A stretch of 20,000 nt of DNA from an uncultured virus (IMG/VR IMGVR_UViG_3300027708_000067) (IMGVR_UViG_3300027708_000067); one strand, 5' to 3'; positions 9,425-18,602 are shown, counted from the stretch's first letter. Numbers and translations are program-made. The notes: generated by a model not told the origin, from the sequence alone.

Positions 9425-9446
9425 GTTGCTCTCCGAAAGGTCAAAC

Positions 9447-9463
9447 GGCGGGACTTGCCCGCC
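9447..9463 (-). terminator. GC-rich hairpin (weak terminator or mRNA stabiliser)
   Basis: GGCGGG-CAAGT-CCCGCC just after the stop at 9470, followed only by GTTTG (poor U-tract). Confidence 0.45.
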
Positions 9464-9469
9464 ATTAAA

Positions 9470-9901
9470 TTAGTTATTGGTATAACCAGAACCGTATGGA
9501 GTAATTGTACCGTCAGCGTTACGTGCAGTGTAAACAACAGAGAACACACCAGCAGAATCATCAGAACCAGCAGCAGCGCGCAATGTTGATGTTGCAGTGC
9601 CAGTGTTAGCTGATAATGTTACGTTAGTTAATACGTTGATGGTTGGGGCGTTAGTTGCTACTGTACCAACAGATACACCATCCAAAGTCACAGCACGTGA
9701 TGTGCCAGTGTTGGTTGGGTAAAATTGTACGTAGCTGATGCAAGAACCTGCAGGTAAGTATACAACTGCATCGGTTGCAGTAGTAACAGTAACTTGTTGG
9801 CTTAGTACGGCTGCGCCAGTATTATCTGGGCTTGTTGTACCATCGTTGCTAGTTGTTTGGCGTGTGTTAACACGTAAAGGGGCTGTAAATGTGCTTGACA
9901 T
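9470..9901 (-). CDS. 143-aa Thr-rich hypothetical structural protein (possible capsid decoration)
   Basis: Likely start is the ATG at 9901 (MSSTFTAPLRVNT...) rather than the TTG at 9970 in the track. It lies directly downstream of the MCP and is beta-rich. Confidence 0.7.
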   Translation of the reverse strand: MSSTFTAPLRVNTRQTTSNDGTTSPDNTGAAVLSQQVTVTTATDAVVYLPAGSCISYVQFYPTNTGTSRAVTLDGVSVGTVATNAPTINVLTNVTLSANTGTATSTLRAAAGSDDSAGVFSVVYTARNADGTITPYGSGYTNN

Positions 9902-9998
9902 TGTTGTATTCCATTTCTCAGTGGGTATCCCAAACTGTCCCTGAGTTGTGATGCCGGGAAGGGTCGGCAATCAGGATGGGATTAATCTTCCTATACCT

Positions 9999-10028
9999 AC
10001 TAATGCAAACTTTTCAAAAAATCCGCCC
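9999..10028 (-). promoter_or_regulatory. Bipartite motif copy 1 (GGGCGGA-N12-TTTGCATTAGT), putative late promoter
   Basis: + strand ACTAATGCAAA at 9999-10009, 12 nt, TCCGCCC at 10022-10028; directly downstream of the MCP terminator. Confidence 0.8.
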
Positions 10029-10035
10029 TAAAAAA

Positions 10036-10068
10036 GCAAAAAAGCCACCTTGTGGGTGGCTTTTTTGT
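10036..10068 (-). terminator. Rho-independent terminator after the major capsid gene (potentially bidirectional)
   Basis: AAAAAAGCCACC-TTGTG-GGTGGCTTTTTT inverted repeat with A/T tracts on both sides, about 14 nt past the MCP stop. Confidence 0.9.
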
Positions 10069-10081
10069 ATTGCGAGGGTTT

Positions 10082-10999
10082 TTAAACGCCTTGAGTACCG
10101 TAAACGTTACGTGCGTCGTGCCAACCAGTAGCATAACGCTCGGTTGCTTTGTAACGCATAGAATCAGTCTCGAAGTCACCTTCCATGGATTTCTCCATTG
10201 GACGACGCATAACGAGCATGAGACCGTTTTCAGCATCAGTCTGAACCCACCAAGCTTTGCTAGAGGTCAAACGTGTTACCACGTGTGTACCTTTAGGCAA
10301 CATGCCTGTTGATTTGATTGGGTTCAAATCGTTGTCGGCTGTACCAGAACGGAGAACAGACTTCAGAATAACTTCTGCCTGGAACTCAAGTGCTGGAGGA
10401 ACAATTAATTGTTCTGCCTTTAAACGAATACGCTTACCGTTGTTGTCAATTGCGCCACGGATTTGAATCAAAATCTGTTCAACAGACGTTTGGCTCAAAG
10501 CAGCAGGAGTTGTCAACTTATTGCTATAGGTTTGACCGTTAGCAATTGGGTGAGCTGTATTGATCAAAGTTACGCCGTCACCGCCTACGTAGCCTGCTGT
10601 GAACGCAAAGTTCAAGAGGTTAGCGCAAAGGGTTTCTTTGGTTTCAATCATTGACTGAGCAAGATGCTTAGCAAATGTTGAGCCGATACGGATGTGATCG
10701 CCGTCTTCCATCAAAACTTTGGTCAAAGCGTAAGCCAAGCCATAGATTTGGTAGATGAAACGGGTGATGTACAATGTACCGCCTTGGTCGTAGCTAACTG
10801 GAGTGCCGTCAGGCATTGAGGGAGCTGCGTTCATACCAAACAGCATTACTTCTTCATGGTAGTTACGTGGGATACCTTGGATCTGCTCTACAAAGCCTTT
10901 CCATTCGTCTGCACGTTGCTCATATACACCATCAAAGACTTCGTTGATAATCGGTTCGACTACCGCACGAAAGTCTGTACTACGCATTGGGGTTGCCAT
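10082..10999 (-). CDS. Major capsid protein (HK97-fold type; family often annotated Mu gpT-like)
   Basis: 305 aa with GGDGVTLINTAHP, LIVPPALEF and EGDFETDSMRYKATERY motifs. It follows the scaffold/cement genes and has a strong terminator downstream. Confidence 0.88.
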   Translation of the reverse strand: MATPMRSTDFRAVVEPIINEVFDGVYEQRADEWKGFVEQIQGIPRNYHEEVMLFGMNAAPSMPDGTPVSYDQGGTLYITRFIYQIYGLAYALTKVLMEDGDHIRIGSTFAKHLAQSMIETKETLCANLLNFAFTAGYVGGDGVTLINTAHPIANGQTYSNKLTTPAALSQTSVEQILIQIRGAIDNNGKRIRLKAEQLIVPPALEFQAEVILKSVLRSGTADNDLNPIKSTGMLPKGTHVVTRLTSSKAWWVQTDAENGLMLVMRRPMEKSMEGDFETDSMRYKATERYATGWHDARNVYGTQGV

Positions 11000-11026
11000 A
11001 GCTTATTACCTTTCTTTCGTTGTTAA

Positions 11027-11689
11027 TTAAACCGATACCTTAGGAGCAACAAAACTGTTGTTCGCAATGGTAACCTGAACAATCGTGTAAGTATCGCCCC
11101 AAGCGTTTAACTCGCCTGCTGGCCATGCTACTTCACGTCCTAAACCTACTACACGAACTTGTCCTTGCGCACCAGAAGCAACAGGACTTGCTGCTAAAGC
11201 GGTTGTGGAGAAACCAGCGCCACCGATACCGATAGTGTAACCATCGGCTGTTGTGAAACCAGCTGCTGCGGAGAAGTTGTACTGTGAACCTACTGCTGAA
11301 GCAGGAACAGAGCCGTTAGCTTGAGCTTCGTATACGAGAACTGGGTCTTGGAAGATCCAGAAAACGATAGAAGAAGCAGCGTCAAGGCTTGCCTTAGAAA
11401 TTGACTTACCTAATGTACGGTTACCTTCGGCGGCTGTGTATTCCACACCGTCAAATACGCCGTAAACAGGGCGGGTTGTATCAGTTGTTGCAATTGTTAA
11501 TTGGCCTGCAGCAGTGATCGATACGGGTTGATACTGGTAGAAAGTCTGACCAGTGCTCAAAGAGTAAGGAGCGCTATAATCCGGTGCGCCAACGACAAAG
11601 CTGTTTGTTCCAACAAATGGAACAGAGCGGTCGAGGCCACTTGGATGATAGATCGGCTTCATGCCAAAGGGTTTAAATGTTGTGGACAT
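11027..11689 (-). CDS. Putative capsid cement/decoration protein
   Basis: 220 aa, immediately upstream of the MCP; PFGMKP N-terminal motif and GVFDGVEY/DPVLVYEAQ motifs; AAAGGA Shine-Dalgarno-like site. Confidence 0.6.
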   Translation of the reverse strand: MSTTFKPFGMKPIYHPSGLDRSVPFVGTNSFVVGAPDYSAPYSLSTGQTFYQYQPVSITAAGQLTIATTDTTRPVYGVFDGVEYTAAEGNRTLGKSISKASLDAASSIVFWIFQDPVLVYEAQANGSVPASAVGSQYNFSAAAGFTTADGYTIGIGGAGFSTTALAASPVASGAQGQVRVVGLGREVAWPAGELNAWGDTYTIVQVTIANNSFVAPKVSV

Positions 11690-11721
11690 TTATGTTTTTC
11701 CTTTGTTATTTTTGAAGTATG

Positions 11722-12276
11722 TTATTCAAAACGAACATTACTATTCGCCTTTGCGGCTTCCTTTTCCATTTCCAAAACTCCACCTTCAAGAATTGAGCGT
11801 CCGCCTTTACCTTCTTGTGCGGTTGAACGCACTTGATCGGTAATGTTACGTTGAAATGCAAGTGGATCTTCCAAATGCATCATACGCATCACTTCTTGAT
11901 AGATTTCTTCTGGTAATTTAAAGAGAACCATTTCATTACAGCTAACACAGCCTTCAAACTTGCCGGAGCTCATTTTACCTAGTCCTTCAAAGCCCTTACC
12001 TAACTCCGAGGCTTTAACTGGTTCATAACCCAACGCTACACGTTTGTCGATACTGTCGTAATTATTTGTAGTGGATAGCCAACACAAATGCATACCCGGA
12101 ATGGCACCTTCCGGAAGGTCAGGCAGTGCGCTATTTGCCCATTTATCTCTGAACGCTTCTGCACGTTCGCGCTTACTTTTGTTTGAAGGATCTTCTGCTG
12201 CAATCCTTTCTTTTGTTTCTTGTACTCGATCCGCTAAGCGGTCATCTAAGTCACGTTTAATTCTTGTATTTGCCAT
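11722..12276 (-). CDS. Hypothetical head-module protein (184 aa)
   Basis: Intact ORF between the scaffold and cement genes, with LCWLS...RVALGYEPV...EMVLFKLPEE motifs; function not identifiable. Confidence 0.7.
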   Translation of the reverse strand: MANTRIKRDLDDRLADRVQETKERIAAEDPSNKSKRERAEAFRDKWANSALPDLPEGAIPGMHLCWLSTTNNYDSIDKRVALGYEPVKASELGKGFEGLGKMSSGKFEGCVSCNEMVLFKLPEEIYQEVMRMMHLEDPLAFQRNITDQVRSTAQEGKGGRSILEGGVLEMEKEAAKANSNVRFE

Positions 12277-12281
12277 GATAA

Positions 12282-13274
12282 TTAACCTTTATTTTGACGA
12301 TCATACGCGGCGTATGCGCGGATCATTTTGTTTCGTTTTTCAATGTCATCCCAAGCACCAGCGTCTTTTATTGCGCTAACACGTTCACGACTTAGCGTGA
12401 TCATGCCAGGTTTTGCTGATGTTGTGTTTGCTACTCGGCTTGAGGCTGTTGGGCCTGCATTACGAGCTTTCTTTTCTCCACCTTTACTTGTATATCGGTG
12501 TGGCAAACGTGATGACAAACGACTATCTAACTCTTCCCAGTATTCAGGATCAGAAGGATCCCAACCATCTGCGGCAAGTTCTTGGTCAATTACTTTGGCA
12601 ATTCTACTATCTGTATCTCGAGCTTGTGGATCATACCAAGAGTTCTGTTTAAGCCATTTTGTGGCATTTTGTTGAACTTCTAGGTTTAATTCATCAGGTA
12701 CATTTTGTTTAGGCGTTTTAGCCTGCTCAACCTGTTGTTTTTTGTAATGCTGAGCTTGTTGCAAACGTTGTTTAGCGTCTGTCAATTGCTCTAAATATTC
12801 AATTTGTCCAGCAGCATCATTTGATTGAGCTGCTTGCAACATCTTCATTTTTGCATATTCAACTCGAGTGGCTTCGTCTTCGATAGCTTTGTCAAGTTGG
12901 GCAAATTGGTAAGATGCCGCTGTATTTTCAAGTTTAGCCAAACGTTCTGCCATTTCGGCGTTTCGTCGTTCTAGTGCTTGAATTTTGTTTTTAGCAGAAA
13001 TTTCGCGTTGTCTTTTTAAATCCTTTTTAAGCCTACGTTCTTCACGACGGGCTTCACGGATTGCTTCACGTTCTTCTGCTGTTTCGCCTTCTTCTGCAGC
13101 TTCATCGTCTTCAATTTCTTCTTGACTACGATTATCTTCCTGTTTTTCTTCTTCAGGAGGCGCTTCTACTTGTACTTCTTGTTCATCCCCAAAATCTTCT
13201 GGAGCTTCTAGCTTGGCTAAAACCGAGCCATCTTCTTGTTCCTTAATCGGAACGTCTTTTTCGTTATCTGCCAT
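12282..13274 (-). CDS. Putative capsid scaffolding protein
   Basis: 330 aa with an acidic N-terminus, a long charged coiled coil and a short helical C-terminal domain; located upstream of the MCP. Confidence 0.7.
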   Translation of the reverse strand: MADNEKDVPIKEQEDGSVLAKLEAPEDFGDEQEVQVEAPPEEEKQEDNRSQEEIEDDEAAEEGETAEEREAIREARREERRLKKDLKRQREISAKNKIQALERRNAEMAERLAKLENTAASYQFAQLDKAIEDEATRVEYAKMKMLQAAQSNDAAGQIEYLEQLTDAKQRLQQAQHYKKQQVEQAKTPKQNVPDELNLEVQQNATKWLKQNSWYDPQARDTDSRIAKVIDQELAADGWDPSDPEYWEELDSRLSSRLPHRYTSKGGEKKARNAGPTASSRVANTTSAKPGMITLSRERVSAIKDAGAWDDIEKRNKMIRAYAAYDRQNKG

Positions 13275-13289
13275 AATTTTCTTTCAAAA

Positions 13290-13733
13290 TTAATCTACAA
13301 AGGCTTTCATTTTTTGCGCATCTTCAAAAGTCTTGACGCGGCAAATGATTTCACGTGCCTGTAATGTAATGAAAATAATTGGAGCACCTTCATCGCCAGC
13401 GTCAAGAACAAAACGATCTCCGCCGTACTTAATGGTTCTCACAATATCGCCAACTTTACACCAAGGGCCTTCTGGCCATGGCTCCAAAGTATCTGGAGAC
13501 TTATACGCTAAAGGTCCAATTTGGACTACTTTTGCAACTGTCTCATTAAACTTTAGTGTTTGCTGGGTTTCATCTGGTAAATACAGGCCACTATTTGTCA
13601 TAGTTTTAACGCGTCTTAATTGCACAAGTACGCGGTCACCTGCAACTTCAACCCCTGGATCTATCACAGGAAAAACTTCTGCTTCCGTGCGTGGATCTGG
13701 TGGGTCATTCTTTTTTATATCATATGCTGCCAT
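13290..13733 (-). CDS. groES: GroES/Cpn10-like co-chaperonin
   Basis: GDRVLVQ strand, TNSGLYLP mobile-loop-like segment, AKVVQIGP and KVGDIV motifs characteristic of Cpn10; AAGGAG SD upstream. Confidence 0.85.
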   Translation of the reverse strand: MAAYDIKKNDPPDPRTEAEVFPVIDPGVEVAGDRVLVQLRRVKTMTNSGLYLPDETQQTLKFNETVAKVVQIGPLAYKSPDTLEPWPEGPWCKVGDIVRTIKYGGDRFVLDAGDEGAPIIFITLQAREIICRVKTFEDAQKMKAFVD

Positions 13734-13753
13734 ACGGCTGCGCTCCTTAACCT

Positions 13754-13945
13754 CTACAGGTCTTCTTCATCTTCCGTCAAAATTTCGTTGACAATGTCCA
13801 AGGTTGTTTCCAACCCTTCAATTTTGCCGATTAAATATTTATAATCTTCAAATGTGTGAACATTTGTCCCAGCGGTGACGGCTTCCGCTAGTTTTGCTTT
13901 TTCATCTTTCGTGCGAGAGATAATTTCTGAAATAAAGTCCTTCAT
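13754..13945 (-). CDS. 63-aa small helical protein, probably leaderless
   Basis: MKDFISEII...YKYLIGKIEGLE; ATG lies 6 nt after motif copy 2. Confidence 0.75.
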   Translation of the reverse strand: MKDFISEIISRTKDEKAKLAEAVTAGTNVHTFEDYKYLIGKIEGLETTLDIVNEILTEDEEDL

Positions 13946-13951
13946 AAACTT

Positions 13952-13981
13952 ACTAATGCAAATTTATCAGAAAATCCGCCC
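13952..13981 (-). promoter_or_regulatory. Bipartite motif copy 2, putative late promoter
   Basis: ACTAATGCAAA at 13952-13962, 12 nt, TCCGCCC at 13975-13981; fills most of the 42-bp intergenic gap. Confidence 0.8.
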
Positions 13982-13987
13982 CAAATA

Positions 13988-14221
13988 TTAATAAAAATTG
14001 CCGCTTGACAAATCTTTAAGGTTTTTATCTGGACCAATTTTGTCAGAATTTGCCATTTTGGCTTGGCTTGCACCAATTTTCCAGTTGTTGTTGCGACTAG
14101 AGCCTGATGGGCCTTTGTCAAGTGTGGTTTCGCCAGGGCCGCCAGCGTAACCAGGGGTGCCTGTCATTTTATAGGCTTTTTTGTAGCCTACTTCGCCGCC
14201 GGGTTGTTTTGTGTTTGCCAT
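13988..14221 (-). CDS. 77-aa Gly/Lys-rich hypothetical protein
   Basis: ATG directly abuts the portal stop codon (TAA-ATG), suggesting translational coupling. Confidence 0.7.
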   Translation of the reverse strand: MANTKQPGGEVGYKKAYKMTGTPGYAGGPGETTLDKGPSGSSRNNNWKIGASQAKMANSDKIGPDKNLKDLSSGNFY

Positions 14222-17089
14222 TTATTGTCCTTGTTGTGGAGGTTGTGCTTCTTGTTGTGCTGCTTGTTGTTCCATTTGCTGCTGATGTTGTTGATCGTTT
14301 TGCATTATTTGCTGTGCATGTTGTTCAGCAGCTTGCTGTTGCTCTTGTTGCGACATTCTAGCTTGATGTTCTGCCTCAATTTGGTTTTGAACTTCAACTG
14401 CTTGTTGCTCAAATGCCTGTTTTTGCACTTCTAAACCATGTTGTCGAATATCATTTTCAGCCGCAATTGTGGCTTCCATGGCAGACAAGTTTTGTTCGTG
14501 CTCAAGTTGGGCTTGTTGTTGGTCCATCTGGGCGCCAGCATTAATTATGGCAACACGCTCTCTTGCCGCGTTGTTAATATTTGCCAATGCAATATCTTTA
14601 GCGTTTTGTTGGCTGTCAATATTAGACTGAGTTTGGTATTTAGCAACCAATTCTTGAACTTGTTGTTGGAGTTCCGCAATTTTAATTTGGTATTCTTGCT
14701 GTGATTTTTGTGTATCCAGCTGCATTTTGGCCTGAGCTTCTTGTGCTTTACGTTGAGTCTCAGCCATTTGCGTTTTAAGAATAACTTGCGCAGTTGGATC
14801 TGATAGCGCGCTAGATTCTTGTTGCTGTTGTTGCGCTTGAGAAACTTTTTGTGCTAATCCTTGGATTTGTTGTACAAATGGCCCTAAACTGCTTTGAGAA
14901 TCTTGGTTTACCATTTGTGAAGCAAGTGCCAAAGCTTGTTGGGCATCTAAATCAAGCGGTTTTTCTTGATGTAATTCAAGAGTATCTTGTCCATTAGATG
15001 CTTGAGCCACATAAGAGCGCATAGATTGCAAATAATGTAAAGTTAAATGCTGTTTAATATGTTCTAGTGCATGCGGCGCAAATGTTGGACCAATAACTGG
15101 GTTACCGCCGTATGCTGGATTTTGAGCGTATTCCAAATGAATCTTAATGTGTGCAATGTGATCTTGGTCTGGATAAGCAGCGGCTGGACGACCCATAGTC
15201 ATAGAAACGTTTTCTAAAGCTGGATTAGATTCATTAGCACCTAATGGGTTTGGTAACACTTCATTTACGCCGGGGACTTTAAGTTGTTCTAAAATACGCT
15301 GATAAACAGCGCGAAGGTTGAACATTCCTGGAGGCGCAGATGTTGCCATTTGCAACAACGCTTGGTTTTGAGCAAGGCGTTGAGTTTCAGAAAAAATGTT
15401 AGGATCTGAAACTGGGCGTACATCATTGTTTGCTGCAAAGTCACGGACTTTAATTTCTTCGCCGGACTGATTGTCCATTTCATCCAAGTACCAATGATTG
15501 ATACGGGAAACGATTGCCAAAGATTTGGCTTGACTGCGATGCAAACGGGCATGAATGCTGGAAAATACTTTAGCGCCTTGTTCAATAAGCGCTTGAGTTG
15601 TGCCAACGGGCATTTGGTTGTTAGCGTCACCAATTTTTTCTTCTGCAGTAGTAACAACACCTTTTGCTGCGTCTGTTAACCAACCTAATAGCTGGAATAA
15701 AACGTTAGACGGCGCATTAAACGGCATCGGCATCGCAATTTTGCGAACGTCGTCAACACCAGGGGCGCCTTCAATTTCAATTACTTGCGTGGGCTCAATT
15801 CGATCAGACTGTCCACCAATGCGTCCACCTTTAAGCTTAAGCATTGTCTGGCTGTTGTTGATATGAGCAGCATCAAGAAGAGCACGCAAGCTACCGGTAA
15901 GAGCAGCACTAAGGCCCCCAATAAGCTGAGGTAATCCAATAGCGTAAGCTCCGCGCCAAGGAATGAATTTAAACTCAACGTACCAGTCGAGTTTTTCGAG
16001 TTTCTCATCGCCAGCCTCCCAGTTGCGGTAAAGAGACAATACTTTGGAGCTTGTCTCGTCAATTGTTAAAATGTACGGAGCGCGACGACCTTCTGTTTCA
16101 GCATCGTCATCTAACCGCATAAAGCAAGTTATCTCATAAATACGGCGTAAACCGTCAATGTTTTTAGAGGGCTCTTCTTTGCCTTCAATTTTGTTGTTTG
16201 CTTTTTCAGATCGGGTTTGATCGTTTAACGGAGCGTCAGATGTGTAGTTAAAATTATCTAGATCGCGGTAAACACCCTGTTCAACACGTTGAAGATACGT
16301 ATCTTCGGTAATGTCTTGAACTTCAGTAACTCGAGGAGATGTATAAAAGTTTGTTGAAGCCCATGGTAGCAAAATGTTGTCAATTGCAACCCATTCGCAC
16401 GTTGGGCGGCGTTGTTCTGATTCATAACGCCATTTAAGGAACTGAGAACCGCCAAGGGGTAGCTGTGTCAACAGCTGTTCCATTTCGTCGCGGTACTCTG
16501 GAATTTGTTCTGTGAACTGCCAGTTCATAAAGTTTACTTTACGATCGGCAACTCTTTCTTTTATTTTGTTTGCTTCGCCCTTAATACTGGATTTAACAAT
16601 ACCTTCTGGGGGAAGTAATTCTTTAGCAGCAGAGGCAGCAAAGTCAACACAAGACTCAGCCATGACAGGATGGACAACTTTAGAAGCGCCATCAAATGTT
16701 GCACCGCCAGGTGCATCTTTACCAAGACCGGTTCGTTTTAAACCTTCTTCGTATTGTTTGTCACGTTGCTTCCTAGATTCTTTGTCTACGTCAATGTAAT
16801 CTAAATACTCAATTGCCATTGATTGAAGAACGCCTTCATCAAACACTTCAGCTAAGTTTTCATAAAACTCAGGATTTTTTTGTGGGCCTTGTTTTTCTTG
16901 AAAGTTAACTATGACAGAGCCATCTTCCAATTCAATGACTTCTTGTTCTAAATCTTCTGGGGTTAAACCCAAGGAATCGGCGTACGCTTCCAAATCATCA
17001 TCTTGCTCTTCAGCATTATGAAGCTCATCTTCACGTTCAAGGGCTGCCAAATTAGCACCGGCTTGAATAGGTAGTTCGGGATTTGCCAT
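14222..17089 (-). CDS. Portal protein with long Gln-rich C-terminal coiled coil
   Basis: 955 aa directly after the terminase; GASKVVHPVMAE, LPLGGSQFLK, LRALLDAAHINN and PVSDPNIFS motifs; acidic N-terminus and Q-rich tail. Confidence 0.85.
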   Translation of the reverse strand: MANPELPIQAGANLAALEREDELHNAEEQDDDLEAYADSLGLTPEDLEQEVIELEDGSVIVNFQEKQGPQKNPEFYENLAEVFDEGVLQSMAIEYLDYIDVDKESRKQRDKQYEEGLKRTGLGKDAPGGATFDGASKVVHPVMAESCVDFAASAAKELLPPEGIVKSSIKGEANKIKERVADRKVNFMNWQFTEQIPEYRDEMEQLLTQLPLGGSQFLKWRYESEQRRPTCEWVAIDNILLPWASTNFYTSPRVTEVQDITEDTYLQRVEQGVYRDLDNFNYTSDAPLNDQTRSEKANNKIEGKEEPSKNIDGLRRIYEITCFMRLDDDAETEGRRAPYILTIDETSSKVLSLYRNWEAGDEKLEKLDWYVEFKFIPWRGAYAIGLPQLIGGLSAALTGSLRALLDAAHINNSQTMLKLKGGRIGGQSDRIEPTQVIEIEGAPGVDDVRKIAMPMPFNAPSNVLFQLLGWLTDAAKGVVTTAEEKIGDANNQMPVGTTQALIEQGAKVFSSIHARLHRSQAKSLAIVSRINHWYLDEMDNQSGEEIKVRDFAANNDVRPVSDPNIFSETQRLAQNQALLQMATSAPPGMFNLRAVYQRILEQLKVPGVNEVLPNPLGANESNPALENVSMTMGRPAAAYPDQDHIAHIKIHLEYAQNPAYGGNPVIGPTFAPHALEHIKQHLTLHYLQSMRSYVAQASNGQDTLELHQEKPLDLDAQQALALASQMVNQDSQSSLGPFVQQIQGLAQKVSQAQQQQQESSALSDPTAQVILKTQMAETQRKAQEAQAKMQLDTQKSQQEYQIKIAELQQQVQELVAKYQTQSNIDSQQNAKDIALANINNAARERVAIINAGAQMDQQQAQLEHEQNLSAMEATIAAENDIRQHGLEVQKQAFEQQAVEVQNQIEAEHQARMSQQEQQQAAEQHAQQIMQNDQQHQQQMEQQAAQQEAQPPQQGQ

Positions 17090-17126
17090 AGAGTGTTCAA
17101 AAATGTGTTATTAGATTCCTAATTAT

Positions 17127-17156
17127 ACTAATGCAAAGAAACGACTGTTTCCGCCC
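17127..17156 (-). promoter_or_regulatory. Bipartite motif copy 3, putative late promoter for the portal gene
   Basis: ACTAATGCAAA at 17127-17137, 12 nt, TCCGCCC at 17150-17156; begins on the base after the terminase stop. Confidence 0.8.
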
Positions 17157-18602
17157 TTATTGCGCATAAGGATTTGTAAACCGCTTTTTGTAGTCGTCAT
17201 CAGCGTAGTCATAATCGCGTGGGGGTAGGGGGTCTAGCTGCAACCACCCAGAATCCCGAAGAACCCGTAATGCTTGTGAAAGGGAATCGACATAGTCATC
17301 GTGACCCCCGGCTTCTGGAAAGGAACAGACTTGGCGAAGGAACCTTTTGGACCAATCTGCAAACTCGCCTTTTTTACCCGGCTCCTCCGGTATGTAAACT
17401 TTTCCTTTTGCCACCAAGGGTGCCACGATGTTCAAACGCTGCACCTTATCGGCTCGTCCTGGGTTGTAACCCCGCACAGGCACCGAGGCGCCTTGGAGCT
17501 CTTGAATCAGGGAGATACCAGCGGACTTGTCTTCCATCAGGATCAAGTCTGCCTTACGGCCTTTGGCAAATGAGTTGTCTGCTCCGTATACCACTTCCTT
17601 AAAGTCGTCGATTACCTTACGACGCAGCTCAGGGTAAGACAGATGGTTGTCCCATGAGTCTAGCAAAATGACGCAAGTGCCGGCGTCTTCTCTATCAAAC
17701 ACACCCCATACCGTACAAGCCGTGGGGTCGTTCATGGTTTTTTCTGAGGTTGCTGGATCGTATGAGGCAATTACGTATTCCAGTGTTGGCGTTGGTTTGT
17801 CCGCAGGCCATAACTTAAACATCTTGCGTTTAATGATGCCAGATGACTCAGGATCCAAGATCTCGCCATAGATCTCTTGGCGGCCCATGTCAGTGCCATC
17901 GTACGTCTCAAGCTGTTTAAAGAACGTTTCAGATAGGTTTTCGCGGTTGTCATACGACGAGGCGTTAACCACATATACGTCACCACCAACTTTGCCCTCA
18001 AATAAATCAACGATTAGTTCTTTAGGTTTAGGCGTTGTGGTGATGATCTGTTGAACACGGGCGATTCTGGGATCTTTGAGACGTAATGTAAATTGCACAC
18101 CATCGTAGGCTTCGTCAAGGTAATCGAAGGCGCAGAGTTCGTCAAACCAAGCTCCGTGATATTGCTTACCTCGATAGCGTTCTGGTTCCGAACCAGGAAT
18201 ACCCTGAATAATTGATCCGTTAATAAGGGTGATTTCAAATAATGATTTGTTGTAGTCCCGGATGATGGCAGGTGGAATAATATTGAGTAGTCCGCTGTCG
18301 CCTTCAAAGCAAGTGGCTCGAATGTCATTACTGGTTGGAGCAGTAACAAGCCAGCGAGTATTGTCATATTTCCAAGCGCGAATCCCAATCCAATGCGACG
18401 CAGTATGGGTCTTTCCAGAACCGCGTCCAGCCAACATAAGAAACGTGTCATATTCCCCGTCTTCTGGTTCTTTTTGGTGTGCTAACGCTTGAAGTGCCCA
18501 TTTGACCTGCCAAATGGCAGAATCAAGCTGTGGTTTAGGCCAGTGCTTATTATTGTCCGCAAACTTCTTGAGCGTCAGTATTTGTTTTTCTGTTAACGAC
18601 AT
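17157..18602 (-). CDS. terL: Terminase large subunit
   Basis: Walker A AGRGSGKT, Walker B AWFDE, motif III ITTTP, and RNase H-like nuclease acidic motifs SYDPA, MEDK and HDDYVDS. Confidence 0.95.
   Translation of the reverse strand: MSLTEKQILTLKKFADNNKHWPKPQLDSAIWQVKWALQALAHQKEPEDGEYDTFLMLAGRGSGKTHTASHWIGIRAWKYDNTRWLVTAPTSNDIRATCFEGDSGLLNIIPPAIIRDYNKSLFEITLINGSIIQGIPGSEPERYRGKQYHGAWFDELCAFDYLDEAYDGVQFTLRLKDPRIARVQQIITTTPKPKELIVDLFEGKVGGDVYVVNASSYDNRENLSETFFKQLETYDGTDMGRQEIYGEILDPESSGIIKRKMFKLWPADKPTPTLEYVIASYDPATSEKTMNDPTACTVWGVFDREDAGTCVILLDSWDNHLSYPELRRKVIDDFKEVVYGADNSFAKGRKADLILMEDKSAGISLIQELQGASVPVRGYNPGRADKVQRLNIVAPLVAKGKVYIPEEPGKKGEFADWSKRFLRQVCSFPEAGGHDDYVDSLSQALRVLRDSGWLQLDPLPPRDYDYADDDYKKRFTNPYAQ

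Noticed and set aside
9902..9970. 23-codon N-terminal extension from TTG 9970
   Set aside because: TTG start with no convincing SD, lying within the predicted leader stem-loop; the ATG at 9901 is more plausible (not proven).
18593..18602. Active intein fused to terminase via a frameshift or sequencing error
   Set aside because: TerL looks complete with its own ATG and intact Walker A. The intein-like ORF lacks the terminal His-Asn and has no in-frame N-extein, so restoring a fusion would not give a splicing-competent element.
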